From assembly GCA_964514975.1 (NCBI GenBank), contig CAZESS010000019.1, positions 1 through 47,061 on the forward strand: a stretch of DNA of 47,061 nucleotides, given 5' to 3'. Under the pieces are notes generated by a model, which saw only the letters and a list, made by a program, of their open reading frames with translations, was not told where the DNA came from and did no database searches. Positions 26,561-36,160 of the stretch are shown here, one piece after another. The DNA is from an uncultured Thermoplasmatales archaeon (GTDB lineage: Archaea > Thermoplasmatota > E2 > UBA202 > DSCA01). Within the stretch, counting starts at the first letter, position 1. Every line of letters starts with the position of its first letter. Made by a program: the position numbers and the translations under genes.

Positions 26561-27802
26561 ATGGAACATCAGCTCACAGCCGCTGAACAACAAGAGGTCA
26601 TCGAGCTGACGAAAAAGCTCATCGGTATCCCCAGCACCGCCGGCGACGGCCCCGAGATCTACGGCTACGTGGAACAACACCTCCGGGAGCACGGGCTCGA
26701 ACCAACGGTGCAGGCCATCGAAAACCCATACATCAGCTACATGAACTACGCCGGCCGCGACCACCACAACATATACCTCAAAATCGGCACCGGTGACGGC
26801 CCCCGCGTCATGCTCAACGGCCATCTCGACACCGTCGGAGCCCACGGCGAATGGTTCTATCCGCCGCACGAGGCCACCGAAGAAGACGGAAACATCTACG
26901 GCCTGGGCGCCTGCGACATGAAAAGCGGCTGCGCCGCCGCCATAACATCCGTGCTGGCGCTGCTGCAACGACGGGACGACATCAACGGCGAACTCTTCCT
27001 CAGCTTCGTCTATGGCGAGGAATCCCCGTTTTCGCTGGGAGCGGACACCCTGCTGCGCGAGCACGACCTGGACGGCTACGACCTCATCATGGTCGCCGAG
27101 CCCGCCCCCGCCCTGGGCGCCGACAGCTACTGCTACACCCACAAGCGCCGCCACACGCCCTCGTTCCCCGTGCCCGTCATCGGGGCAGAGGGCCGCGTCA
27201 TCTACGAAATCGAGTTTTTCGGCACGTCCTCCCATGCATCGCATCCGGACGGCGGCATCAATGCCCTGGAGGACGCAGCCGCGCTCATCACCAAGATCAA
27301 GGATTTCGACATGTTCTCGAACATCAAGATGGGACGCGGCCATTACGTCGTGCTGAACATCACCGGGGGCGACCAGACGTTCACGGTGCCCGGCTACTGC
27401 AAAATTTTGGTGAACCGGCAGCTGACGCTCGGCGAGGACGAGGAAACGGCGACGGAGGAGCTCCAAAAAATCATCGAGCGGCTGAACCTGCCGTCGCGGG
27501 TATCCGTCCAGAAGCGGTTTTCGCCGATGCCGGAGCTCGAGTACCAGCCCTATATATCGGAGTCAAGCGAATACATCGACCGCTTCGTCGACCTGCTGCC
27601 CGAGCCGGACGAGGGAGACAAATGCCGGTTCACCACCACCAGCGTCGGCGACTTCAACATCTACGCCGCCCAGACCGGCGTACCAACCCTGGTGTTCGGC
27701 CCCGGCGGCGGCAACATCCACGCTCCCAATGAATACGTGCACGGGCAGCAGATAATAGACACGGCAAACTATTTCCTCTCCTTTTTCATGGACCTGTTTT
27801 AG
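26561..27802 (+). CDS. M20 family metallopeptidase/deacylase (ArgE/DapE-like)
   Basis: NGHLDTV, GLGACDMKSG, GEE, AEP, HAS, FGPG..IHAPNEY. Confidence 0.92.
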   Translation: MEHQLTAAEQQEVIELTKKLIGIPSTAGDGPEIYGYVEQHLREHGLEPTVQAIENPYISYMNYAGRDHHNIYLKIGTGDGPRVMLNGHLDTVGAHGEWFYPPHEATEEDGNIYGLGACDMKSGCAAAITSVLALLQRRDDINGELFLSFVYGEESPFSLGADTLLREHDLDGYDLIMVAEPAPALGADSYCYTHKRRHTPSFPVPVIGAEGRVIYEIEFFGTSSHASHPDGGINALEDAAALITKIKDFDMFSNIKMGRGHYVVLNITGGDQTFTVPGYCKILVNRQLTLGEDEETATEELQKIIERLNLPSRVSVQKRFSPMPELEYQPYISESSEYIDRFVDLLPEPDEGDKCRFTTTSVGDFNIYAAQTGVPTLVFGPGGGNIHAPNEYVHGQQIIDTANYFLSFFMDLF

Positions 27803-27820
27803 ACGTAAAAAGGTGAGGAC

Positions 27821-27877
27821 GGGAAATGGGGCGCAGATAAAAATGTAAGGGAGGCATTTTTTTTTGCCCCATTCCCC
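27821..27877. terminator. Probable terminator region between convergent genes
   Basis: T9 tract (27857-27865) within an imperfect inverted repeat GGGAAATGGGGC/GCCCCATTCCC. Confidence 0.45.
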
Positions 27878-27970
27878 TGGTATATCTACAACGCAAAGAG
27901 GTATATATAGTTTGCTCATGTTTTGCTATCAAACAGCGGCAGCGCGATGTTTTTTTCCCTTGCAGCAGGT

Positions 27971-29449
27971 TCAGCTATCCCGTATCTGCGCCTTCTGAAG
28001 CTGCCCGCTGTAGTCGATAAACACCGTCTTCGTCTCCGTGAACTCACGGATGGCCGCGCTCCCGGCCTCCCGGAGCCCGTTGCCCGTGTTTTTCACCCCG
28101 CCAAAGGGCAGCTGTATCTCCGAGCCGATGGTCGGCGCGTTGACATAGACCACGCCCGCCTCGAGCCGACGGATGGCCCTGAAGGCACGACTGACGTCAC
28201 GGGTGTAGATGGAGGCGGACAGCCCGTAGTCGACAGCGTTGGCCTTCCGGATAGCGTCGTCGAAGTCACGCGCATGGATGACCGACAGCACGGGCCCAAA
28301 AATCTCCTCCACGGTGATACGCATGCCCTGCTCCGCCTCGAACACCGACGGCTGCACGAAAAAGCCATCATCATACCGCTCGCCCCGAAGCCGGTCGCCG
28401 CCATACCGCAGCGTCGCATCCTCGTCCCTCCCGACGTCGATGTACTCCAATGTCTTCTCGAGCTGCCCCTGGCTCGCCATCGGCCCCATGTCCACGTCCG
28501 GGTCGAGCGGGTCACCGATCCGCATCCGCTCCACCTGCTCCAGCAGCATCTCCATCGCCTCATCGTAGATGTCCTCGTGCAGGACAAGGCGGCTGGCCGC
28601 GGTGCACCGCTGACCGGCCGTCCCAAAAGCGCCGAACATGACACCCTCGATGGCCAGGTCGAGCATTGCGTCATCCATCACGATGAGCGGGTTTTTGCCG
28701 CCGAGCTCCAGATGCACGGGCTTCAGCAGCTCCGCCGCACCTCCATAGATCGTTTTCCCGGTCGACACCCCGCCCGTGAACGAAATCGCCGTCACGCCGG
28801 GATGCTCCACGATCGCCCGGCCGACCACGGAGCCCCGCCCAGTAATCAGGTTGAGCACACCCGACGGCACCCCGGCCTCCTCGAATATCTCGACGAGACG
28901 GGCCGCACACAGTGGCGTCAGCGACGACGGCTTGAACAGGATGGCGTTGCCGCCGAGCAGCGCCGGGGCGAGCTTCCAGCAGGGTATCGCCGTCGGAAAA
29001 TTCCAGGGCGTTATACATCCGACGACGCCGACGGGCTCCCGCACCGTCATACAGAACTTGTCCGTCAGCTCCGAGGGCACCGTCTCCCCCTGCATCCGGC
29101 GGCCCTCACCGGCCACGTATTCCACCATGTCGATGGCCTCCTGCACGTCGCCGAGCCCCTCAGAGATCACCTTGCCCATCTCCCGGGTGACCAGCTCACC
29201 GAGCTTTTCCTTCCGACGGCGCATGATACGCGCCGCCTCGAACAATATCTCACCGCGCCGCGGCGCCGGGACACGCCGCCAATCATCGAGGGCTCCCCGC
29301 GCCGCCCGGACAGCCCGGTCGACATCCCCCGCCGTTCCCAGGGGGAACCGTGCCAGCGTCTCCCCCGACATCGGGCTCACCGTTTCAAACCATTCCCCGC
29401 TCTCCGACGGACTCCACGTCCCGTCGACATACAAATCATAGGTCTCCAT
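27971..29449 (-). CDS. NAD(P)-dependent aldehyde dehydrogenase
   Basis: ITPWNFP, FTGG, LELGGKN, AGQRCTA, EEIFGPV, PFGGVKNTG. Confidence 0.96.
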   Translation of the reverse strand: METYDLYVDGTWSPSESGEWFETVSPMSGETLARFPLGTAGDVDRAVRAARGALDDWRRVPAPRRGEILFEAARIMRRRKEKLGELVTREMGKVISEGLGDVQEAIDMVEYVAGEGRRMQGETVPSELTDKFCMTVREPVGVVGCITPWNFPTAIPCWKLAPALLGGNAILFKPSSLTPLCAARLVEIFEEAGVPSGVLNLITGRGSVVGRAIVEHPGVTAISFTGGVSTGKTIYGGAAELLKPVHLELGGKNPLIVMDDAMLDLAIEGVMFGAFGTAGQRCTAASRLVLHEDIYDEAMEMLLEQVERMRIGDPLDPDVDMGPMASQGQLEKTLEYIDVGRDEDATLRYGGDRLRGERYDDGFFVQPSVFEAEQGMRITVEEIFGPVLSVIHARDFDDAIRKANAVDYGLSASIYTRDVSRAFRAIRRLEAGVVYVNAPTIGSEIQLPFGGVKNTGNGLREAGSAAIREFTETKTVFIDYSGQLQKAQIRDS

Positions 29450-29649
29450 ACTGTGCGCCTCCGTACCACGCCAAACAGCAGCGCGTTTATATAGCTTTGT
29501 CAGACGGCACCCCCGCATGCAGCCCGGGGGAAAACCGGCGGATGGCAGCGGGCACATGGCAGCAATATTATATATCCACGTCCAATTCACCACACGGCAC
29601 CACGGCATCATACAGCACAGCATGCCACGCCACACATTGGCCATACGAT

Positions 29650-29723
29650 GGGCCCATGGTCTAGCTGGTTATGACGTCGCCTTCACACGGCGGAGGTCCG
29701 GGGTTCGAACCCCCGTGGGCCCA
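29650..29723 (+). tRNA. tRNA-Val (anticodon CAC), no intron, CCA not encoded
   Basis: Acceptor stem GGGCCCA/TGGGCCC, anticodon loop TTCACAC, GTTCGAA T-loop, followed by T5. Confidence 0.95.
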
Positions 29724-29903
29724 TTTTTGGCTCTCTAAGAAAAAAAAAAAAATCGACAGAGATTATATTTACGGGGATATCACATGTTTGCCTACGGCAG
29801 CGGTCAGCAGAGATATACCCGAGTTTTCCCATTACCCATCTCCGCACTGCTCCCAAAACGTTTAATACGCGGTGTGCTTTCCTGCCGGCTGGAGGACCAT
29901 ACA

Positions 29904-30074
29904 ATGATGAACAAGCGCATTCTCGCCATCGTCGTCGCCATTGTCATCGTCATCGGAGCGCTGGCTGGCATCGTTACCGGTGTCATGGATGTCCCGTCAG
30001 GGGTTGCATCCGCCGTAGCCGGGAGCGCCGCCGGGGCCTTCGCCGGCATCATCGGGAAAAACCAGCATCAGTAG
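29904..30074 (+). CDS. Small Gly/Ala-rich two-helix membrane protein
   Basis: GGAGG SD; 56 aa, strongly hydrophobic. Confidence 0.6.
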   Translation: MMNKRILAIVVAIVIVIGALAGIVTGVMDVPSGVASAVAGSAAGAFAGIIGKNQHQ

Positions 30075-30090
30075 TTTTTTGTGCCAGGTG

Positions 30091-30636
30091 TTACCATTCC
30101 CTGGGCTTGGCCACCACGTCGACGACCCTGGTGTCCATCAGTCGTTTGCTGTGCGCCGCGTCGATATGCAGGACGGTGTCGGCGCCGTGGCCGGTTCCCG
30201 CGATGGAGAGAACATCCCCGGGCGGGATATGCCCGGCGTCGGCGGCCATCGCCGCGATCTCGACGGCGACCTTTGTCCCCTGGCCGAACATGCGCAGGGT
30301 GTCCGCTATGATGGTGGTAGGCATGATGCTACCCTGTTGTTTGCGGTAAAAGTCGTTCCACGTGTGGAATATCATCGGCCCGGTGAACACCGCGCCATCG
30401 TTGTCCACGATGCGCTGGCGATGTCGTTCCTCCAGCTCCTGCTCGCCGGGTTTCCGGAACCCCGTTGCATGGGTCACCGTGACCACGTTGAAGCCCTCGT
30501 CGAACAATGCCGCCGCCTTCGCGCCTGTCTCGCCGGATGTCGTCGCGACGACCACGTATCTGATGTCGTGTTTTTCCGCGTAGCTTTTGGCGATGTCGAG
30601 CACGCTGTCAGTGTCCATGCCGGTTGTATCTTTCAT
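30091..30636 (-). CDS. Pyruvate kinase C-terminal-like alpha/beta domain protein (MTH1675 family)
   Basis: VVVATTSGETG, VTHATGF, LRMFGQGTKVAVEIAAMAADAG, GTGHGADT. Confidence 0.88.
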   Translation of the reverse strand: MKDTTGMDTDSVLDIAKSYAEKHDIRYVVVATTSGETGAKAAALFDEGFNVVTVTHATGFRKPGEQELEERHRQRIVDNDGAVFTGPMIFHTWNDFYRKQQGSIMPTTIIADTLRMFGQGTKVAVEIAAMAADAGHIPPGDVLSIAGTGHGADTVLHIDAAHSKRLMDTRVVDVVAKPREW

Positions 30637-30682
30637 GCTATCATGTGGCTAATGGTATGGTGCTGAAAAAAGTTGTGCTGGG

Positions 30683-30991
30683 CTAGTCTGCTTCTTCGAC
30701 GACCTTGACCCTGAGCAGGTTGCCGATTTTCCAGTCGCCGCGTTCGTATTCCTCGCGGGTGAGCCGGAACTTTATCATTGGTTTTTGCTGGTAGCGGAAC
30801 ATGTCGCCCATGTTTTCGAGCATCCCGCGCATGCCCGGCGGGACGTTGCCCATCACGGTGAAGTTGGACTGGTCGTCGCCCTCGTACTGGACGGCTTCCT
30901 CCATCGCGGTTCCGGTGGCCAGTACCTCCATGGTGCCGTCGCCCATGCTGTTGACTTTTTCGATGGTGAAGCGGAGCTCGACAGCGGTCAT
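30683..30991 (-). CDS. Hypothetical archaeal protein (arcadin-1-like pattern, tentative)
   Basis: 102-aa ORF with host codon usage; C-terminal LTREEYE..WKIGNLLRV. Confidence 0.6.
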   Translation of the reverse strand: MTAVELRFTIEKVNSMGDGTMEVLATGTAMEEAVQYEGDDQSNFTVMGNVPPGMRGMLENMGDMFRYQQKPMIKFRLTREEYERGDWKIGNLLRVKVVEEAD

Positions 30992-31096
30992 TTTTTCACT
31001 GGGGTTCTATGAGACCGGGGTACATAAATGTTGGCGTCTCCTGCCGTGATGACGACATGTTTTAATGGGGATACGGGTTGTATCGGTGGAGGAAAA

Positions 31097-31492
31097 ATGA
31101 AAACCAAAATCGTATTGGGGGCCTGTTTTTTTCCTGTTTGCGATGCTTCCCGCGGTGCAGGCGCTCGAATGGTGCAGGCGCTCGAATATGACACCACCGC
31201 CCGGGAGACCCGGGAGCAGTATGTCGAGGAGCAGCTCGCGAAGCTGCAGGCGGCGCTCACCGGCGACGGAGAGCTGCCATCCTGTCTGCTGATGCCGTTG
31301 AAATGGCTGGTTCATCTTGCTGGTCAAGGGGCTGATGATGCCGGTGAAGCTGCTGTCCATCCCGTTCCGCCTGGTGCTCACCCGGTTGTATTGTTCGCCA
31401 GGCTGATATCGCTGCCCTTCCGCGCGCTGGAGTTTTTCATGATGCTGCTGAACCCGTTTGATGGCTGCTATGGTGGATGCTGCCCCGGGTAG
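31097..31492 (+). pseudogene. Secreted/membrane hypothetical protein carrying two pairs of compensating frameshifts
   Basis: GGAGG SD; T7 tract plus 17-bp tandem duplication; second shifted block ~31310-31382 whose +1 frame has host-like G/C-ending codons. Confidence 0.55.
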
Positions 31493-31538
31493 CCGGGCAC
31501 GACAAAACTTATAAAACGACGTCGGATACGGACACTGT

Positions 31539-31754
31539 ATGATAAAAGAATTTACCTCCTCCTCGGGAGACATGACGATTAAGATAGACTACGACAAGTG
31601 CGACGGCACCGGCAAATGCGTCGAGGACTGTCCCGTCGATGTCTACGAGCTCGAGGACGGCAAGGCTGTGGCGCCGCGCGTCGACGACTGCATCGAATGC
31701 TGCCTCTGCGTTGAATCCTGCCCGAACGACGCCATAGAGCACAGCTCCTGCTAG
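31539..31754 (+). CDS. Dicluster ferredoxin
   Basis: CDGTGKCVEDCP and CIECCLCVESCP; TTATAAAA box upstream; alternative start at 31572. Confidence 0.9.
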   Translation: MIKEFTSSSGDMTIKIDYDKCDGTGKCVEDCPVDVYELEDGKAVAPRVDDCIECCLCVESCPNDAIEHSSC

Positions 31755-31850
31755 CCAGGCCTCTTTCCCCCTCTTTCCCCTTCCGCCGATACGGCACAAA
31801 TTATATATTTAACGATTTATTACTTGCTCACGTTTCAACAGGAGTAAAAT

Positions 31851-32573
31851 ATGAAACCGCAGATGGCATACGACAGGGCGATTACCGTTTTTTCGCCCGA
31901 CGGCAGACTCTTTCAGGTAGAATACGCCCGTGAGGCGGTCAAGCGCGGCACAACGACCGTCGGTCTCAAGTTCGACGATGGCGTGGTCCTGCTCGTCGAC
32001 CGGCGCGTGACGTCCAATCTGGTCGAGCAATCATCGATAGAAAAAATATTCAGGATAGACGAACACGTGGGATGCGCCACCTCGGGCCTGGTCGCAGATG
32101 CCAGGGTGCTCGTCGACCGGGCGCGCGTCGAAGCGCAGGTCAACCGTATCACCTATGATGAAAAAATACAGGTCAAAACGCTGGTGAAAAACATCTGTGA
32201 CTTCAAGCAGACCTACACCCAGTATGGCGGCGTCCGTCCATTTGGGACGGCGTTTCTCATCGGCGGCGTCGACGAGGCAAACGGCGCCCGGCTCTTCGTC
32301 ACCGATCCATCGGGTGCGATGATGGAGTACAAGGCAACCGCCGAGGGCAACGGCCGCGAGGCAGCCGTCGAACACCTTGAAGAAAACTATGAGTCGCTTG
32401 ACAGAGACGCGGCCATCGAGATGGGCATCAGGGCGCTCTACAAGGCCACCGAGGAATCGCTGGAAAAAACCGGCGTTGAGATCGGCATCGTGACCACCGA
32501 CGAGGAATTCCGGATCCTGCCCGACGAGGAAAGCGAAGCATACTTCATGTCGGCGGTCGAGGTCGAGGACTAA
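31851..32573 (+). CDS. psmA: Proteasome alpha subunit
   Basis: YDRAITVFSPDGRLFQVEYAREAVKRG, GGVRPFG. Confidence 0.98.
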   Translation: MKPQMAYDRAITVFSPDGRLFQVEYAREAVKRGTTTVGLKFDDGVVLLVDRRVTSNLVEQSSIEKIFRIDEHVGCATSGLVADARVLVDRARVEAQVNRITYDEKIQVKTLVKNICDFKQTYTQYGGVRPFGTAFLIGGVDEANGARLFVTDPSGAMMEYKATAEGNGREAAVEHLEENYESLDRDAAIEMGIRALYKATEESLEKTGVEIGIVTTDEEFRILPDEESEAYFMSAVEVED

Positions 32574-33268
32574 TGGTATCCCTTGACGAGGCGGTCATCG
32601 CCCGCTACGAGCGAGAGGGCATGCACTTCGAGATTCTGATTGACCCGAAGGCGGCGGAGGAGTTCGTCGACGGCGCCGACATCACCGTAACCGAGCATCT
32701 CGCAGCAGACCACATTTTCAAGGACGCCAACAAGGGCACCAAGGCCTCGGAGGAGGCGCTCACCGAGATATTCGGCACCACCGACCTCGAGCAGACAGCG
32801 GAATACATCCTCAAGCATGGCGATATCCAGCTCACCACGGCGCAGCGCCGGGCGATGCGGGAGCGCAAGTACAACAAGCTCATCGACATCATCGCCCGCA
32901 ACTCGATGAACCCGCAGACTAACATGCCGCATCCCAAGGACCGCATCGAGCGGGCTATCGAGGAGGCCGGTATTCATGTCGACGCCTTCACCCCCATCGA
33001 CGAGCAGGTGAAAAACGCCATCGACGCCATCCGTCCCATCATCCCGATTTCGACGGACAACGTCGAGGTCGAGGTCAGGATTCCGCCCAAGTATGCGGGC
33101 AAAGCCTACGGAAAGGTGAAGTCCATCGGCACCATGACACATGACGAATGGCTGTCCGACGGCTCGTTCAAATGCAGGATCGAGCTGCCGGCGGGCATGC
33201 AGCGCGAGCTGTACGACAAGCTCAACAGCGTCACCAAGGGAGAGGTTGAAACACGACTGATAAAATAA
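32573..33268 (+). CDS. sdo1: Ribosome maturation factor SBDS/SDO1
   Basis: FEILIDP, IFKDANKG, GDIQLTTAQRR, NPQTNMPHP; conserved position after psmA. Confidence 0.95.
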   Translation: MVSLDEAVIARYEREGMHFEILIDPKAAEEFVDGADITVTEHLAADHIFKDANKGTKASEEALTEIFGTTDLEQTAEYILKHGDIQLTTAQRRAMRERKYNKLIDIIARNSMNPQTNMPHPKDRIERAIEEAGIHVDAFTPIDEQVKNAIDAIRPIIPISTDNVEVEVRIPPKYAGKAYGKVKSIGTMTHDEWLSDGSFKCRIELPAGMQRELYDKLNSVTKGEVETRLIK

Positions 33269-33307
33269 TGCTGCCATATATTGATAAAATAATGTTGGAG
33301 AGAGAGA

Positions 33308-33976
33308 ATGAGTGAAACACGAAAAATAGTAATTCCCGGAAACAAGATTGGTTCCCTGGACGAGTACAAGCAAGGCCGCGGCGCGTTCAAGGAAGGCAAC
33401 GACATCTACGCCTACCGCCTCGGCATCCTTGACGAGCGCTCCGGATACCTCAACGTCATCCCGCTGTCGGGTATCTACGACCCGGCGGAGGGTGACACGG
33501 TCATCGGCGTTATCGACCAGGTGTCGAAGATGAACTGGATGGTGAACATCAACGCGCCCTATCCGGCGATGCTGCGCGTGGAAGAGGTTCCCTGGCATGT
33601 CGAGTATGGCGCCGCCGCGAAATATCTCAACATCGGCGACGTCATCATGGCGAGCGTGGCCGGCGTGAACGAGATCGGCAAGATCGATCTTTCGATGCGG
33701 GGCAAGCATTACCGCAAGGTGGAGGAGGGCATCGTCATCGACATACAGTCGTCGAAGGTCCCGCGGGTCATCGGCCGCAACGGATCGATGGTTTCGATGC
33801 TGCGCGACAAGACGGGCTGCTGGATTTTCGTCGGCCAGAACGGCCGCGTCTGGATCAAGGGCGACGATGACAAGCTGGCGCTGCTGGTTGAAGCCATCCG
33901 CAAAATTGAGCGCGAGGCCCACAAGCAGGGGTTGACCAATGAAATAGCTGAGTTTTTAGAGAATGAAGGTGAATAA
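33308..33976 (+). CDS. rrp4: Exosome RNA-binding subunit Rrp4
   Basis: [15 protein letters not shown]1 domain plus KH ([19 protein letters not shown]). Confidence 0.95.
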   Translation: MSETRKIVIPGNKIGSLDEYKQGRGAFKEGNDIYAYRLGILDERSGYLNVIPLSGIYDPAEGDTVIGVIDQVSKMNWMVNINAPYPAMLRVEEVPWHVEYGAAAKYLNIGDVIMASVAGVNEIGKIDLSMRGKHYRKVEEGIVIDIQSSKVPRVIGRNGSMVSMLRDKTGCWIFVGQNGRVWIKGDDDKLALLVEAIRKIEREAHKQGLTNEIAEFLENEGE

Positions 33977-33977
33977 A

Positions 33978-34688
33978 ATGGAGTTAATGAAAGATGGAAA
34001 GCGTACGGATGGACGAAAACGTGATGAGCTGCGGCCCATAAAAATCGAGGCGGGGCCGCTGTACAGGGCCAATGGTTCATGTTATCTTGAATGGGGCGGC
34101 AACAAGGTGATGGCCGCCGTCTACGGGCCGAAGGAGGCCATTCCCCGGCACATCCAGGATCCCCGGAAGGCGATCATCGAGGCGAAGTATAACATGGCGT
34201 CGTTCAGCGTCAGCGACCGGAAGCGGCCGGGACCTGACCGGCGAAGCCGCGAGATCTCGAAGATTACGTCGGAGGCGCTGGAGAACGTGGTCCTGGTGGA
34301 GATGTTTCCCCGGGCGTCCATCGAGGTAGAAATCGAGATTTTGGATGCTGATGCGGGCACCCGGTGTGCCGGTATCACCGCCGCTGCGGTGGCGATGGCC
34401 GACGCCGGTATTCCCATGCGTGACATCCCGGTTTCCTGCGCCGCTGGTAAGGCGGCCGACACGGTCGTGCTCGACCTGGTGGGCACCGAGGATATGAAAG
34501 GTCAGGCGGATGTGCCGATTGCGATTGCACCCCGCACCGATGACATTTTGCTGCTGCAGATGGACGGTCACATGACCCCTGAGGAGCTCGACGAGGCACT
34601 GGAGCTGGCCATACATGGCTGCCATCAGATAGCCGAGATGCAGAAAGAGGCGCTGATGACCAAATATAAGACTTTTGAGGAGGAATAA
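33978..34688 (+). CDS. rrp41: Exosome nuclease Rrp41
   Basis: [36 protein letters not shown]. Confidence 0.97.
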   Translation: MELMKDGKRTDGRKRDELRPIKIEAGPLYRANGSCYLEWGGNKVMAAVYGPKEAIPRHIQDPRKAIIEAKYNMASFSVSDRKRPGPDRRSREISKITSEALENVVLVEMFPRASIEVEIEILDADAGTRCAGITAAAVAMADAGIPMRDIPVSCAAGKAADTVVLDLVGTEDMKGQADVPIAIAPRTDDILLLQMDGHMTPEELDEALELAIHGCHQIAEMQKEALMTKYKTFEEE

Positions 34689-34690
34689 AA

Positions 34691-35488
34691 ATGAGCGAAC
34701 CAAACAGTATTGCCTGTATCAAGCGAGATTACCTGTACCGTCTGGCGAAGGAGGGCAAGCGGCCGGATGGCCGGAAGGCGAACGAATATCGCCCCATCGA
34801 GATCGATGCGGACTTCATCGACATGGCCGAGGGCTCGGCAAAGGTCCGCCTCGGGAACACGCTGGTGGTCGCCGGCGTCAAGATTATGGAGGGCGAGCCC
34901 TATCCGGATAAGCCCGACGCGGGAGCCATTGTCACCATGGTTGAGCTCAACCCGCTTGCGTCGCCTGTCTTCGAGCACGGGCCGCCGCGTGAACGTGCGA
35001 CTGAACTGGCCCGGGTCGTCGACCGCGGCATCCGGGAATCCAACACTATTGCCCTTGAAGAGCTGTGCATCGAATCCGGCGAGAAAGCCTGGATCGTGTT
35101 CATCGACATCGACGTCCTGGACTACGACGGCAACCTGTTCGACGCCTGCTCGTTCGCCGCGTCCGTCGCCCTGCAGACAGCGGTTATCCCCAAGGAGCGG
35201 TATGACCGCGGTGAAAACGTGCCGTTGCCCGTGGACGACCCACCGGTAAGCTGCACGTGGGTCAAGTACAACGACACCATCGTCGTCGATCCATCGCTGG
35301 ACGAGGACGAGGTCGCGGATGCCCGCCTGACCGTTGCCATTGACAAAAACGGCGATATCAGGGCCATGCAGAAGGGCCTGAGCGGCAGCTTCACGGCCGA
35401 CGAAGTCAAAAAGACTATAAGGGAGACGGTTTCTTTGGCTCCCGAGCTGCGAAAAAAGCTGGAGGAATCCTATGGCAAAAAGGACTAA
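34691..35488 (+). CDS. rrp42: Exosome subunit Rrp42
   Basis: RPDGR, AEGSAKVRLGNT, ELARVVDRGIRES, DYDGNLFDA. Confidence 0.97.
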   Translation: MSEPNSIACIKRDYLYRLAKEGKRPDGRKANEYRPIEIDADFIDMAEGSAKVRLGNTLVVAGVKIMEGEPYPDKPDAGAIVTMVELNPLASPVFEHGPPRERATELARVVDRGIRESNTIALEELCIESGEKAWIVFIDIDVLDYDGNLFDACSFAASVALQTAVIPKERYDRGENVPLPVDDPPVSCTWVKYNDTIVVDPSLDEDEVADARLTVAIDKNGDIRAMQKGLSGSFTADEVKKTIRETVSLAPELRKKLEESYGKKD

Positions 35489-35747
35489 GAAGGCAGCCGG
35501 CACCGGCAAGTTCGGAGCACGGTACGGCGTCAAAGCACGGAACAAGTACAAGAAAATCGATCAGAAGCAGCGCCAGTCCTATCCCTGCCCCGCCTGCGGC
35601 CATAAAAAGGTGCGGCGGAAGGGAACCGGCGTCTGGGTGTGCGGCAAGTGCGGCACCAAGATGGCCGGCGGGGCATATATCCCGCAGACCAATACGGGTA
35701 TCGAGGCGAAGAAGACGATTAAAAGCGTGCTGGCCGAGGAGGAATAA
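35472..35747 (+). CDS. rpl37ae: 50S ribosomal protein L37ae (eL43)
   Basis: GKFGARYG, CPACG...GVWVCGKCG..MAGGAY. Confidence 0.97.
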   Translation: MAKRTKKAAGTGKFGARYGVKARNKYKKIDQKQRQSYPCPACGHKKVRRKGTGVWVCGKCGTKMAGGAYIPQTNTGIEAKKTIKSVLAEEE

Positions 35748-35887
35748 TGCCGTCCTATCGCTGCGGACGCTGCGGCCGGACGGTCGACATCGACCCGGAA
35801 AAGATGGGTATCAAGTGCCCCATCTGCGGCGGCAAGATGTTCTACAAGGAACGGGGCACCGTCGCCAAGAAGCTCAGGGCCAGGTAA
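35747..35887 (+). CDS. rpoP: RNA polymerase subunit P (Rpo12); absent from the ORF track
   Basis: Manual translation MPSYRCGRCGRTVDIDPEKMGIKCPICGGKMFYKERGTVAKKLRAR; conserved position after rpl37ae. Confidence 0.93.
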   Translation: MPSYRCGRCGRTVDIDPEKMGIKCPICGGKMFYKERGTVAKKLRAR

Positions 35888-36123
35888 TGCACACCGCCTC
35901 CATCGTCATTACGCACAGGAATGCGGCGCTCCTCTGTGCGGCCGTCGGACAGGAGGAGGTGCCGCGCGCAGATGTCGATGTTTCCTGCAGCGATGACGTG
36001 CTGCGGCTGACGGTCAGCGCGGACAATGCGGCGCATCTGCGGGCGGCCTGCAACTCGTTTTTGGAATGGATATGGCTGGCGGAACAAATCGGCGAGATGG
36101 TCGAAACCACCGGGGCTGGGTAG
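35887..36123 (+). CDS. pcc1: KEOPS complex subunit Pcc1
   Basis: LRAACNSFLEW motif, 78 aa, canonical position after rpoP. Confidence 0.85.
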   Translation: MHTASIVITHRNAALLCAAVGQEEVPRADVDVSCSDDVLRLTVSADNAAHLRAACNSFLEWIWLAEQIGEMVETTGAG

Positions 36124-36160
36124 CACAACCTCTTTAAATCTTGTGTTCATTCTGCTTTTC

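Noticed and set aside
27923-29494. Long antisense or alternative-frame ORFs (also 14558-15778, 23602-24894, 32570-33922, 40097-41206, 41104-42078)
   Set aside because: Shadows of well-supported genes in GC-rich DNA; no recognisable motifs
29740-29752. A13 homopolymer as a phase-variation tract
   Set aside because: Intergenic; more simply a T-tract on the minus strand or low-complexity sequence
29650-31500. Island integrated at tRNA-Val
   Set aside because: No duplicate of the tRNA 3' end and no integrase found in the window
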